Origin: a bacterium
GTDB lineage: Bacteria > Zhuqueibacterota > Zhuqueibacteria > Zhuqueibacterales > Zhuqueibacteraceae
Assembly (NCBI GenBank): GCA_044869275.1
Contig: JBIOXB010000143.1
Coordinates: forward strand, 13,004-77,003
Length of the DNA stretch: 64,000 nucleotides
Reading direction: 5' to 3'
Shown piece after piece: positions 18,570 through 29,001 of the stretch (within the stretch, counting starts at the first letter, position 1; each line of letters starts with the position of its first letter). The notes under the pieces are model-generated. The model saw nothing but the letters and a program-made list of their open reading frames with translations, was not told the DNA's origin and ran no database searches. A program made the position numbers and the translations under genes.

Positions 18570-18989
18570 ATGGAAAAGAATAGAGCCTACTTGCTCTTCG
18601 ACGGCGAGTGCGGCATTTGCACCGCGTTTGCTGCTTGGGCGCGGCGGTTAGATCAAGGCAAAGGATTTGAAATTGTTCCCTATCAGAATTTTTCCGAAGA
18701 AGAATTGCGCCGCTTCGGAACTTCCCGCCCCAAATGCTCCCAACGCATGCATGCGTTGACCTCTCGTGGCAGAATCTACACGGGCGCTTTTGCGCTGAAT
18801 TACTTTGGCTGGCACTTTTTGCCGTGGCGGCTGTGGGTGACGTTCATTTATGCCATCCCCATTCTTTTGTTGCTCGAAATCATTTGCTATGCGCTGGTGG
18901 CCAAATACCGCCGCCGAATTTCGTCGTGGCTGGGCTTGCAAGCTTGCGCCACAGCGCCGCTTTTGTCCCAGGGTTCCGGCCAAAACTGA
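18570..18989 (+). CDS. DCC1-like thiol-disulfide oxidoreductase (DUF393)
   Basis: LLFDGECGIC motif and C-terminal YALVAKYRRRIS. Confidence 0.85.
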   Translation: MEKNRAYLLFDGECGICTAFAAWARRLDQGKGFEIVPYQNFSEEELRRFGTSRPKCSQRMHALTSRGRIYTGAFALNYFGWHFLPWRLWVTFIYAIPILLLLEIICYALVAKYRRRISSWLGLQACATAPLLSQGSGQN

Positions 18990-19083
18990 ATCAGGAAGCA
19001 TTCAGAACCCGGAGGTGGTTCTGCAAATACGTGGCTGAGCACGGCGCGCCACTGTAAAACTGCAGTGCGAACACGACCGATGC

Positions 19084-19959
19084 TCACTTCTTGTGTTCGT
19101 TCGTCTGTGGCCACTCGCCGCGCGCTTCGTAGAATTTGACGATTTCATGCCACGCCTCGGCTGCCGTATTCACGTAAGTGATCATATCCAAATCTTCATA
19201 CGAAATCATGCCCTGCTCCGCCAGAAACGGAAAATTGATCAGCCGTTCCCAAAAATTTTTCCCGAAAAGCAATATCGGCACGGGCTCCATTTTGCTGGTT
19301 TGAATTAATGTGAGCGTCTCAAACAATTCATCGCAAGTGCCGAAACCGCCGGGAAAAGCCACCAAGGCCTTGGCGCGCAGGCGAAAATGCATTTTGCGCA
19401 GCGCAAAGTATTTGAATTGAAATGACAGGCTGGGCGTAATATAAGGATTCGGCGACTGTTCGTGCGGCAAGGTGATATTTAAGCCAATGGATTTTGCCCC
19501 CACTTCGTAAGCCCCGCGATTGGCCGCTTCCATAATACCCGGCCCGCCCCCGGTCACGACCACAAAGTCGCTATGGCTGTTGTGCTGGCAGGCCGAGGAA
19601 ACCAAGCGGCTGAATTCGCGCGCTTCCTCATAGTAATGCGCATTCTCCACCAGAAGCTGCGCCTGTGCCAGCAAACGTTTCCGGCCGGGATCATGGGGAT
19701 GGGCCTCAGCCTCACGCGCGATTTTCTGATAGCGCTTCTCCGCCTCCTCCCGGTCGAGCAAGCGCGCGCTGCCAAAGACGACGATGGTGGAATGAATGCC
19801 GTGTTCGATGATGATTTTTTCGGGTTTGAGCAATTCGAGCTGAAAGCGAATGTGGCGCAAATCTTCGCGCCGAAGAAAATCTGCATCTTCAAAGGCCAGA
19901 CGATAGGACGGGGAATCGACAATTTGGCGAATTTTTTCGTTCTTGTTCATAGTCTTCAT
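19084..19959 (-). CDS. LOG family (Rossmann-fold) nucleotide phosphoribohydrolase
   Basis: VFGSAR, TGGGPGIMEAANRGA, FPGGFGTCDE. Confidence 0.9.
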   Translation of the reverse strand: MKTMNKNEKIRQIVDSPSYRLAFEDADFLRREDLRHIRFQLELLKPEKIIIEHGIHSTIVVFGSARLLDREEAEKRYQKIAREAEAHPHDPGRKRLLAQAQLLVENAHYYEEAREFSRLVSSACQHNSHSDFVVVTGGGPGIMEAANRGAYEVGAKSIGLNITLPHEQSPNPYITPSLSFQFKYFALRKMHFRLRAKALVAFPGGFGTCDELFETLTLIQTSKMEPVPILLFGKNFWERLINFPFLAEQGMISYEDLDMITYVNTAAEAWHEIVKFYEARGEWPQTNEHKK

Positions 19960-20023
19960 ATCGTGATTGTTTGTAGCTCAAGATGGGAATCTGCGTGCTG
20001 CAGGCGTGCGCGGGCGCAACCCC

Positions 20024-20641
20024 TTAATTCTTTTTTCGCACCCACTCCCCTTCGGGCAATTGGATCCATTCGCCCGGCTTGGCGCTGTCGCGATTCAGCG
20101 TGGCGAAGGCCTTCTCTACTTCAGCGGGCTCCGCGGTTTGCACCGCAGGGTTGATGGCCATGATACGTTGCATAATGATTTGGCGATCGCGGTTTTCCTC
20201 CCTCACGAGCTGCTCGACCAATTTTTTGTACTCCTCCTCCTTTTGCAGGCGTGCCAGCGGCCGCAATTCCAGATAGCCGCGATTGTTTTCGCCCACGGCG
20301 CCGTCGCGTTTGAATTCCTCAATGTCGTCCTTGTTGAATTCACGATTCTGCACGGCCTGCAATACGGCGCGCTTCTCTTCCGACAAGGCGACCTGGCTAT
20401 CGGGGCTCGCCGCGCGCACCGAAGCGACCATCCAAACATCTTCCCTGACCTGGCTGTAAGTGCCGAGAATTTGATTTTCCAGCGCGGTTTTTTCACCGGT
20501 GAAGCGCACCTCCGGTGTTTGCACGGAACAGGCGAAAAAAGAAAATCCGCTTATGAGCACCGTCAGCAGCCAGGCGTGAGGAGGGCTAAGGTGGAAACGC
20601 GGCCCGAGGAGGCTTGCCGAACCAAGGGAAATGACCTTCAT
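20024..20641 (-). CDS. DUF1318/YdbL-like lipoprotein
   Basis: FFAC lipobox, TALENQILG, GAVGENNRGYL, ENRDR, GEWIQLPEGEW. Confidence 0.75.
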   Translation of the reverse strand: MKVISLGSASLLGPRFHLSPPHAWLLTVLISGFSFFACSVQTPEVRFTGEKTALENQILGTYSQVREDVWMVASVRAASPDSQVALSEEKRAVLQAVQNREFNKDDIEEFKRDGAVGENNRGYLELRPLARLQKEEEYKKLVEQLVREENRDRQIIMQRIMAINPAVQTAEPAEVEKAFATLNRDSAKPGEWIQLPEGEWVRKKN

Positions 20642-20823
20642 AGCATCTCACCATATCAAAGGACAAAAATGCCGGCGCAGACAGCGGCGCAGCGCCGGTG
20701 CCATAGAATGATAATGCACCAGAAACTGCCATGCAAGAGTTTTCATTGGCATCCTATTGCGGATTTATTAAATTAGATTTGAAATTTTTTGCATTGCATC
20801 CATTCATTGCCGCACTTCATTTG

Positions 20824-21579
20824 GTGAAGCCAGATCCTGAAAATCTATCTGTCGCGCTTTTCATTCCCTGCCTGGTCGATCAATTCTACCCCGAGATCGG
20901 CGTGGCCATGGCGAATATTTTGCGCCGCGTCGGCGTGCTAGTGGAGTATGACGCGCGGCAAACCTGCTGCGGCCAGCCGGCGTTCAATGCCGGTTTTCGC
21001 CACCAAGCTTTGACGGTGGCAGAACATTTTCTAAGTGTTTTTCGCGACCCGGCGCTCATCGTGGCGCCCTCCGGATCGTGCGTCGCCATGGTGCGAAAAT
21101 TTTATCCCGCGCTTTTCAAAAACCATCCGCGCGCCGCCGAGGCCGAGCAGATCGGACAGAGAGTTTTTGAATTCTCCGAGTTTCTCGTGCACCGGCTGGG
21201 CGTTACCCAACTGGGCGCCAAATTCCCACGCAAAGCCGGATTTCACAATTCTTGCCACAGCTATCGCGAATTGCAGGTGCGCGCCGAGCCCTTGGCGCTG
21301 TTGCGCGAAGTCAAAGATTTGGAATTGATCGAGCTCCACGGCGAGCCGGTCTGCTGTGGCTTTGGCGGGCTGTTTTCCATAAAATTCGCCGCCATTTCTT
21401 CCGCCATGAGCATGAGCCGCCTGACAGCTTATGAGAAAGCGGGCGCGGAAGCGATCGTGTCCAACGACCCCGGCTGCATTCTGCAGATGCGGCAGGAAGC
21501 GCAAAGGCGCAAAAGCCGAATACAGGTTTTGCACTTGGCGGAGGTGTTGAACAGCAACCTGCCATTGCAGCCAGGCTGA
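20824..21579 (+). CDS. lutA: Lactate utilisation Fe-S protein A (two CCG domains)
   Basis: LFIPCLVD, QTCCGQP, PSGSCVAM, HNSCH, CCGFGG; first gene of a lutABC trio. Start uncertain. Confidence 0.85.
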   Translation: MKPDPENLSVALFIPCLVDQFYPEIGVAMANILRRVGVLVEYDARQTCCGQPAFNAGFRHQALTVAEHFLSVFRDPALIVAPSGSCVAMVRKFYPALFKNHPRAAEAEQIGQRVFEFSEFLVHRLGVTQLGAKFPRKAGFHNSCHSYRELQVRAEPLALLREVKDLELIELHGEPVCCGFGGLFSIKFAAISSAMSMSRLTAYEKAGAEAIVSNDPGCILQMRQEAQRRKSRIQVLHLAEVLNSNLPLQPG

Positions 21580-21652
21580 GAGACCGGCATTTAAGCACAG
21601 ATTCAGGGTCTTGAGTTCAAACCTGGCTTGACCCTCACCATTCACTTAAAAC

Positions 21653-23026
21653 ATGACCGAACACAAACAATTCCTCCAGCTGGCCGCACAAAAAGTGGTG
21701 GATGAACAGCATCGTTTCAAAATCGCCAAAGCTATCGGCATCTACGAGCAGACTGTTTTTCACACGAAAGCGCAGCAATTTCACCATTGGGAGGAGGCGC
21801 GGGCCTATGCCGCCGCGATCAAAGATGAAGTGCTGGCGCGATTGCCGGAGCTGTTGGAGCAATTTGAGGAAAGATTTACCGCCCGAGGCGGCCGGGTTTT
21901 TTGGGCGGAAACGGCGGAAGCAGCCGTGCAATATATTCTGCAAGTGGCACAACGCCGGCAGGCGAAGCGCGTCGTCAAATCCAAGTCCATGACCACGGAA
22001 GAGATTCTTCTGAACGAAAATCTCGAAGCCGCCGGCATCGAAGTTTGGGAAAGCGATTTGGGGGAATTGATCGTGCAACTCGCCGGCGAGAAGCCGTATC
22101 ACATCGTGACACCGGCGATGCACAAAAGCACGGCGGAAATCGCGCAGCTTTTTCAAGACAAATTGCAGGCCCCGCCCAACGCGAGCGCGGAAGAGCTGAC
22201 CATGATCGCGCGGCGGCATTTGCGGCAGGCCTATATCCGCAGCGACCTCGGCATTACCGGCGGGAATTTTCTCATCGCAGAGGCAGGCGCCGTCGTCGTT
22301 ACTGAGAACGAAGGCAATGCGCGCTTGACCATGTCCTGCCCCCCGGTGCATATCGCCATTGCCGGCATAGAAAAAATCATTCCCCGGCTTTCCGATTTGA
22401 GTTTGTTCCTGCCGTTGTTGGCAACCAGCGGCACCGGGCAACAAATCACTTGCTACAATTCCGTGCTCTCGGGTCCGCGCCAGCAGCACGAGCACGATGG
22501 CCCTGAGGAAATGCACGTCATCTTGCTGGACAATGGCCGCTCGGAACTTTACACCAACGAAATTTTTCGCGAAGCATTGCGCTGCATTCGTTGCGGCGCG
22601 TGTTTGAATGCCTGCCCGGTGTATCGCAACATCGGCGGGCACAGTTATCGCGCCACGTATCAAGGCCCGATCGGAGCCGTGCTCACCCCACACTATAACG
22701 GTTTTGCACAATACCAACATCTGGCGGCCGCTTCTTCTTTATGCGGCGCCTGTAGCGAGGTGTGTCCGGTGCAGATCGACATTCATCATTTGCTGCTGGA
22801 AAACCGCTGGCAGGCCGCTTCTGCGCCGGCGGCATTTTGGGAGCGTGCCGCCATGCGCCTTTACGCCTGGATGATGCTGCGGCCGCGGCGCTTGCAGGTG
22901 TTGCGCCGCGTCTTGCTCGCGTTGCAGCCTTACGCGCGTCTTTTTCCGAAAATCCGCCACGCCGCGCCCCCTTTGAGCAAAGAGGCTTTCCGCACCATTT
23001 GGCAGGACCATGAACGGCAGTCGTGA
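21653..23026 (+). CDS. lutB: Lactate utilisation protein B (LUD domain plus 4Fe-4S)
   Basis: VKSKSMTTEE, ENEGNARL, CIRCGACLNACP and SSLCGACSEVCP. Confidence 0.92.
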   Translation: MTEHKQFLQLAAQKVVDEQHRFKIAKAIGIYEQTVFHTKAQQFHHWEEARAYAAAIKDEVLARLPELLEQFEERFTARGGRVFWAETAEAAVQYILQVAQRRQAKRVVKSKSMTTEEILLNENLEAAGIEVWESDLGELIVQLAGEKPYHIVTPAMHKSTAEIAQLFQDKLQAPPNASAEELTMIARRHLRQAYIRSDLGITGGNFLIAEAGAVVVTENEGNARLTMSCPPVHIAIAGIEKIIPRLSDLSLFLPLLATSGTGQQITCYNSVLSGPRQQHEHDGPEEMHVILLDNGRSELYTNEIFREALRCIRCGACLNACPVYRNIGGHSYRATYQGPIGAVLTPHYNGFAQYQHLAAASSLCGACSEVCPVQIDIHHLLLENRWQAASAPAAFWERAAMRLYAWMMLRPRRLQVLRRVLLALQPYARLFPKIRHAAPPLSKEAFRTIWQDHERQS

Positions 23027-23687
23027 AAAAATCCTAAAGCGTCTGCGTGCGGCGAAGCCAGTGGGCACGGAGCCAGTCGCCCGCCGGCGGGATGCAGCGC
23101 TATTTCGAGACTATCCGGACACGCATGAGCAATGCCTCGCCCAATTCGCCACCCAATTCATCTCTTTGAAAGGCGAATGGTTTCGGAGCAAAGATCCACC
23201 CGCCGCAGCGGCGCAATTGAGAAGCTTGCTGCAAGCGCTCGCGCCGGCAGAGGGAACGCCTCCGGCTCTTTTTTTGCGGCATGCCGATAGCCTGCTCGAT
23301 GAAATTATGAGAAACGACCCATGGTTGGAGCGGCACGACACGGTTGTATCCGGAGAAATCAGCAACGCTGATTTTGAAAAATTCCAGGCTGGCATTACGG
23401 CCGCGGACTATCTCGTCGCGCGCACGGGCAGCATCGTTTTGCAGGCGAATGCCGCCGGCGGGCGACGGCTTTCGATTTTGCCGCCGTTTCATATTGTCCT
23501 CGCCCGTGCCGCACAAGTGGTGCATTCATTGGATGAGGTATTTGCTGCCTACGAAGCACAACATACTCGACCCGTGACCAGCTATCTGACGGTTATCACC
23601 GGACCGAGCCGGACTTCGGACATCGAAAAAACTCTGGTGCTCGGCGCACACGGTCCCAAACGGCTCGCCGTAATTTTGATTGGCTGA
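23010..23687 (+). CDS. lutC: Lactate utilisation protein C (LUD domain)
   Basis: SREKILKRLR, ITGPSRTSDIEKTLVLGAHGPK. Confidence 0.9.
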   Translation: MNGSREKILKRLRAAKPVGTEPVARRRDAALFRDYPDTHEQCLAQFATQFISLKGEWFRSKDPPAAAAQLRSLLQALAPAEGTPPALFLRHADSLLDEIMRNDPWLERHDTVVSGEISNADFEKFQAGITAADYLVARTGSIVLQANAAGGRRLSILPPFHIVLARAAQVVHSLDEVFAAYEAQHTRPVTSYLTVITGPSRTSDIEKTLVLGAHGPKRLAVILIG

Positions 23688-23765
23688 TCTGCGACTCGAA
23701 ATGAGCACAGGGTTCTTCACGGCAAGGATCACCGCAGCGCTTGGGCTTGGCGCGGCTCATTATTG

Positions 23766-23863
23766 GCAAAGAAATTCAAAATCCTTAGCCCAAAACTCAA
23801 AGTCCCTATTGGATTTTGGGTTTTGTGTTTTGAATTTTGCGTTTCCGGCTTGTGCGGGTTATG
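23766..23863 (-). repeat. Dispersed ~95-bp element, copy 1, containing inverted 7-mer tandem repeats
   Basis: The reverse complement CATAACCCGCACAAGCCGGAAACGCAAAATTCAAAACACAAAACCCAAA matches 56391-56439 at 44/49 positions. Confidence 0.8.
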
Positions 23864-26618
23864 CCATTTCTGAAGAAGGGCTGGTGTCGTGAATTTTAGC
23901 TGCCGCAACGCAACGCGAATTACTTTCTGCCAGCAGAATTGCGGCCTGCGCGGTAGAAACCGGTGAGACTGCGTTAGGAAATGCTGGGTGAGTGTCCGGA
24001 TGGCCGCGTGTGATCGATCCCTCCGGGTTTGCATTTGGGCTTGGCGCAAGCGCCTCCTGCCAGGGCAGGGAGACGGTGAACCGGCTACCCTTTCCCAGCT
24101 CGCTCTGCACGGTAATGCTTCCCCCATGCAATTCGACCATACGGTGCACGAGTGCCAATCCCAGACCGGTGCCCGGATACGGGCGTGAGAGCGTGCCATT
24201 GAGTTGGACAAAGGGCTGAAACAACTGCTCCATATCTTTCTGTGAGATGCCGATGCCGGTATCCCAGACGGCGAAATGTACCATGCCTTGCTTCACATCG
24301 CCATTCACCTCTAAGCCGATGGCTCCGTCCTCCGGAGTGAACTTGACGGCATTACTCAAGAGATTCACCAGGATTTGCTTCAAGCGCCGCCCATCCGCTC
24401 GGACCAACATCACCGCGCTGTCAAATGTGGAAGTAATCTTGAGCTGTTTTCCCTTCGCGATTTGATTGATGATCCTGAGACTCGCCTGGCAGACCGAATC
24501 GACCGGGACCGGACTTATTTCCAATTCCATTTTGCCCGCCTCGATTTTAGAGAGATCGAGTATGTCGTTGATCAAGTCGAGCAGGTGGCGGCCGCTTTCT
24601 TCGATGCCGAGCAAGGCCTTCAGTTGTTTTGGGTTGAGCGCTCCGTAAATCTGATCTTGCAGCGCTTCACTCAAGCCTAAAATAGCATTCAGAGGTGTGC
24701 GCAGTTCGTGACTCATGCTGGCCAGAAATTCATCTTTCAGGCGCGCCGCTTTGGCCAGCTCCGCATTCGCTACCCTTAATGCCGCGGTCCGTTCTTCAAC
24801 CCGGCGGGCCAGCAAGGCGCGTTCTTCCGCCAGCGCCGCTTCGATGCGTTTGCGCTCCGTGAGATCGCGGACGATACTGGTATAGAATGTTCCTCTTTCT
24901 GTCTTCCACATGGTCAGGGAAAGCTCCAGTGGAAATTCATTGCCATCTTTCCTGAGCCCTTGCAGTTCAATAACTCTTCCGATGACTTTGGATTCGCCGG
25001 TGGCATGCAGCCGCTCCAGTCCTCTCACATGCCGGTTGCGGTAGCGTTCGGGCATCAACAGGGTCAGCGCTTGGCCCAACACTTCCGCGCGCTCATAGCC
25101 GAACATGACTTCCGCTCCCTTGTTCCAGGCTATAATGTTTCCCACGCCATCGGCTAAGATAATGGCGTCAATGGCGGTCTTTACCACGGAGCGGAATTTC
25201 GTCTCGGAGTCTCGCAGCTCCGTTTCCACGTGCTTGCGTTTGGTGATATCGCGCGAATTGACGATAATGCTGGCTTTGCCCGAATCAACCCAGATGGTCT
25301 TGCCGATGGATTCGAGCGTATGCCATGCTCCAGCTTTGTGGCGAAAACGGTACTCCGCCGAGTGCATCTCGCCCGGGGTGAGGAGAGCTTCATTGAAAAT
25401 GCTTAAAACGCGGGCGCGATCGTCAGGATGTACGAAATCAAAGGCGATCTGGCCAACCAATTCCTCCGGTTTGTATCCCAACAAGCGCTCAACGGAAGGG
25501 CTTTTGTAGCAAATCGTGCCATCCACATTCATGATGGTAATGATGTCAGAAGCGTTCTCGATCAGTGAGCGAAAGTGCTCTTCGCTGTGTTGCAGGGCTT
25601 CTTCGGCGCGCCGGCGTGCGCTGATTTCCGCGCCCAAAGATTCGACCGATTTTGCCAAAGCTGCCGTGCGATGCTGCACACGCAGGTCCAATTCGTTATT
25701 CGCTCTCCGCAGATCCTCCACGGCCTGCCGACGTTCCGCGACAACGGCGGCAAGGAATAGCGCCAGCAGCGCCATGGCGCCCATGAAACCTTGGAGTAAC
25801 AGAAGTGCTTCGCTCTCATCTCCCTTCGCAAACGGGCCGTAACCGCCAAGCGTGCCCCAAGTGGCGATTCCGGACAGGACAAAAATAGCGGTTGCGGTCT
25901 CGCGTCGGCCGAAGCGAAACGCCGTCCAGATGAGCAGCGGCACGCAGAGAAATTCAAGCGGATAGTCTTTCCTTTCAGCAGGAAACAGTCCACCGAACAC
26001 AACTTGGCCTATAAGAATAAGGCATAACAGCAGTATGGCGGCCTCCAGGACCTGACCCCGGCTCCACCGGACGCGAGGGTTCGCAAACCAGAGAACCAGC
26101 AGGGGAGCCACAGTGAGATCACCGACCGCGTCCCCAAGCCACCAAGCCAACCAGATTGATTCATAATTTGCCCACGCGGCGAAGCCCCCCAGACAAAGAC
26201 TGGTCACGCCCAATGTGGCGCTCACCATCGTGCTCACGATCGCAGCCAAGATGGCGAATTTGAGAATATCCAACGGCAGCGCAAAGGCGTTTCTGCCGCC
26301 TGCAAACCGATTCACCCAGTAAGCGCCCAGCAAGCCTTCCAAAGTGTTGCCAGTAGCGATACCAATCGTAGTGGCAACTGTGCCACCTGTCAATATATTC
26401 ACCAAAAACGCGCCTATAAAGACTCCGGGCCAGGCTCTGTATCCCAATACCAAAAAAGCCGCCATTGTGATTCCGGTCGGTGGCCAGACCGCCGTAGCAC
26501 TAGGATGCACAAAGGCCAGCATCAGCCCGAATTTGCCAGCAATAAGGTAAACAGCAGCAAGAAGTACGGTTAGCCAGAAACCGGAGATCGGGAGCGGGGG
26601 TATTAGGGGAGATTTCAT
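23859..26618 (-). CDS. MASE1-PAS-PAS histidine kinase; C-terminal receiver domain truncated
   Basis: MASE1 membrane domain (AVWPPTGI), two PAS domains, FLASMSHELRTPLN, NLLSNAVKFT, DTGIGI, GTGLGL. Ends shortly after a receiver-like beta1 strand (ILLAES). Confidence 0.9.
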   Translation of the reverse strand: MKSPLIPPLPISGFWLTVLLAAVYLIAGKFGLMLAFVHPSATAVWPPTGITMAAFLVLGYRAWPGVFIGAFLVNILTGGTVATTIGIATGNTLEGLLGAYWVNRFAGGRNAFALPLDILKFAILAAIVSTMVSATLGVTSLCLGGFAAWANYESIWLAWWLGDAVGDLTVAPLLVLWFANPRVRWSRGQVLEAAILLLCLILIGQVVFGGLFPAERKDYPLEFLCVPLLIWTAFRFGRRETATAIFVLSGIATWGTLGGYGPFAKGDESEALLLLQGFMGAMALLALFLAAVVAERRQAVEDLRRANNELDLRVQHRTAALAKSVESLGAEISARRRAEEALQHSEEHFRSLIENASDIITIMNVDGTICYKSPSVERLLGYKPEELVGQIAFDFVHPDDRARVLSIFNEALLTPGEMHSAEYRFRHKAGAWHTLESIGKTIWVDSGKASIIVNSRDITKRKHVETELRDSETKFRSVVKTAIDAIILADGVGNIIAWNKGAEVMFGYERAEVLGQALTLLMPERYRNRHVRGLERLHATGESKVIGRVIELQGLRKDGNEFPLELSLTMWKTERGTFYTSIVRDLTERKRIEAALAEERALLARRVEERTAALRVANAELAKAARLKDEFLASMSHELRTPLNAILGLSEALQDQIYGALNPKQLKALLGIEESGRHLLDLINDILDLSKIEAGKMELEISPVPVDSVCQASLRIINQIAKGKQLKITSTFDSAVMLVRADGRRLKQILVNLLSNAVKFTPEDGAIGLEVNGDVKQGMVHFAVWDTGIGISQKDMEQLFQPFVQLNGTLSRPYPGTGLGLALVHRMVELHGGSITVQSELGKGSRFTVSLPWQEALAPSPNANPEGSITRGHPDTHPAFPNAVSPVSTAQAAILLAESNSRCVAAAKIHDTSPSSEMA

Positions 26619-26769
26619 GCTGTACTCTCCTCCTGAGAGCTTTAACTTCCGAGCGATGCATTAAAGCGACAGTCGCCAGCGGGTGTATTTCGTCTCGCTT
26701 ATATATCTATCTGCAAAGCAAGAGCAGTGCGTTACCATTTCATAAAAATTTTTTGTGCCTCCTTTCTCG

Positions 26770-27795
26770 TCAGGTTTCTGTTTGCACGCGCCGCACGATT
26801 TCATCCGCCATCTCCTTTGTGCCGCAGCTCGAATTCTTTCGCAGATCCGGCGTGACACATTTGCCCTCCCGTATCACTTCACGCACCGCCGTTTCGACCC
26901 GGCGCGCAGCGGCAAATTCACCCACATATTCCAGCATCATCACCCCGGCCATGATCACGGCCGTGGGGTTCGCAATATTCTTACCCGCAATATCCGGCGC
27001 ACTGCCGTGTACGGCTTCGAAAATCGCGGCACTTTTGCCGATATTTGCGCCTGCGGTCAAACCCAGCCCTCCCACCAACCCCGCGGCCAAATCGGATAGA
27101 ATATCCCCGAATAAGTTCGTGGTGACGATGACATCGTATGCTGAGGGCTCCATGACCATCTGCATGGCGCAGGCATCGATAATTTTGTCGCGAAACTCGA
27201 TGGCGGGATAGGCTTGCGCGATTTCACGGCCGATCTCCAAAAACATGCCGGTGGTGCATTTCAAAATGTTGGCCTTGTGCACGAGCGTGACCCGTTTGCG
27301 CCCATGATGCCGGGCGTAATCAAAGGCATAGCGAATGATCTTCTCCGATCCGCTGCGCGTGACCACGGCCACGCTTTCTGCTGCGATGTTGATGCCGTCG
27401 GCTTTGATGAAATGTTCAACGCCGGAATACAGACCCTCCGTGTTCTCGCGAATCATCACGATGTTCACGTGTTTGTGAAGCGCGGACACACCCTCGAAAG
27501 ACGCCGACGGGCGCACATTGGCATAAAGATCGAATTCCTGCCGCAGGGCGACATTCACGCTGCGATAGCCGCCTCCCACAGGCGTCGTCAAGGGACCCTT
27601 GAGCGCGACCCGTGTGCTGCGAATAGAGGCCAGCGTTTCCGGAGGCAACGGATCGTTCCTGGCCTGCACGGCGGCCATGCCGCCCAATTGGCGATCCCAA
27701 TGAATGGAAACACCTGTTGCTTCCAACACGCGCACGGCGGCAGCAATGATGGCAGGGCCAATGCCATCGCCCGGAATCAGCGTAATGTTGTACAA
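26770..27795 (-). CDS. Isocitrate/isopropylmalate dehydrogenase family protein, probably NAD-dependent isocitrate dehydrogenase
   Basis: ITLIPGDGIGP, KGPLTTP...SVNVALR, RENTEGLY, HKANILK, NLFGDILSD, FEAVHGSAPDIAG; TTG start after GGAG. Confidence 0.9.
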   Translation of the reverse strand: MYNITLIPGDGIGPAIIAAAVRVLEATGVSIHWDRQLGGMAAVQARNDPLPPETLASIRSTRVALKGPLTTPVGGGYRSVNVALRQEFDLYANVRPSASFEGVSALHKHVNIVMIRENTEGLYSGVEHFIKADGINIAAESVAVVTRSGSEKIIRYAFDYARHHGRKRVTLVHKANILKCTTGMFLEIGREIAQAYPAIEFRDKIIDACAMQMVMEPSAYDVIVTTNLFGDILSDLAAGLVGGLGLTAGANIGKSAAIFEAVHGSAPDIAGKNIANPTAVIMAGVMMLEYVGEFAAARRVETAVREVIREGKCVTPDLRKNSSCGTKEMADEIVRRVQTET

Positions 27796-27865
27796 ATTCA
27801 CTCCGTCAAAAGATTTCCTTGGGAATACCGAAAGATACATTCCGTGTGGCGCGTGTGCAAGTGGT

Positions 27866-28634
27866 TTCTTATGCCTTGATCGCGGACGGCATAGAATCTA
27901 CGCTGGATATTTTCAGCACGACGGTGGTATGGGGTGGATTGAAAGTCGCGGCGCGGCCGCCGGACAAAGATCATCCTTTCGGCCACGGCAAGGCGGAGCC
28001 CCTGGCAGCCTTGGTGGTTGCTATGACACTATTGGCAACGGCTATCGGGCTTGCGATTCAAAGCGTGCGCGAAATCTTAACGCCACATCATGCGCCGGCG
28101 CCGTTCACGTTGTTTGTGCTGTTGGGCGTCATCGCGACGAAAGAGATTTTGTTTCGCTTTAATTTTAAAATCGGTGAAGATATTCACAGCACGGCGGTGC
28201 AGGGTGATGCTTGGCATCAACGTTCGGACGCGATTACCTCGGCCGCGGCGTTTGTGGGAATCTCGATTGCCTTGCTGGCTGGGGAAGGCTACGAAAGCTC
28301 GGATGATTGGGCCGCGCTGCTGGCCTGCGGTGTGATCGGCTGGAACGGCTGGCGCTTGTTACGCGCGGCGATTGCGGAAGTCATGGACGCCGCGCCGCCG
28401 CCGGAGCTGCCGGCCAAAATTCGCGCTGTGGCCAAAGAGCTGCCCGAGGTGGTTGACGTGGAAAAATGCCGTGTGCGCAAGAGCGGGTTGACGTATTTCG
28501 TGGATATTCACGTCATGGTGGATGGAGAAATTTCAGTGACGGTGGGACATGACATTGCGCACCGCGTGAAACATCGCTTGCTGACCTCGAGCTTGAACGT
28601 CTCTGATGTCACGGTACATATCGAGCCAGCGTAA
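27866..28634 (+). pseudogene. Cation diffusion facilitator (FieF-like), 5'-truncated
   Basis: SYALIADGIES, HPFGHGKAE, DAWHQRSD and VHIEP are present, but TM1 and a plausible start are missing. Homology begins about 70 bp from the divergent dehydrogenase start. Confidence 0.7.
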
Positions 28635-28819
28635 AGGAAAACGATCTCGTGTTTCGGTTTGCCTTCCAACACAAAGAGATTTTCGAGTATTCCCAATAGT
28701 TTCAGGTCAACAGCTTGCAGGCCCAACTCTTCTGCGATTTCCCTCGCCACGGTCTCAAGCGTGGTTTCGCCCGGCTCCACTCCGCCACCCAAGGGGCGGT
28801 AAAAATACGCGCCGGTGCG
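28627..28819 (-). pseudogene. NUDIX hydrolase fragment
   Basis: RTGAYFYRPLGGGVEPGETTLETVAREIAEELG (Nudix box)...HEIVFLY; no N-terminus, and the 3' end runs into the convergent CDF gene. Confidence 0.75.
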
Positions 28820-29001
28820 GGGATGCGATGATGCTTCATGGCGGGCGGAATATGCTTATGATGGGGATGCGTGCTTTGCAACGTGGGATCATTGGGATGT
28901 GGCTGCGAATCGTACCAGTACAATTTTTGCCCAGCCTGCCAAACTTCATAACCATACCAGTCGATAACAATAGGGAGACGATGATATAAGACTCGTTCAC
29001 G
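28813..29001 (-). pseudogene. DUF6516/TumE-like toxin fragment
   Basis: RERVLYHRLPIVIDWYGYEVW...YWYDSQPHPNDPTLQSTHPHHKHIPP...RIPAP; no start codon of its own, and the C-terminus is replaced by NUDIX sequence. Confidence 0.7.

Noticed and set aside
23766..23865. Integron attC site (GCATAAC at a stop codon)
   Set aside because: No matching GTTRRRY end was found, the second copy reads TAAT rather than TAAC, and no integron integrase is in the window.
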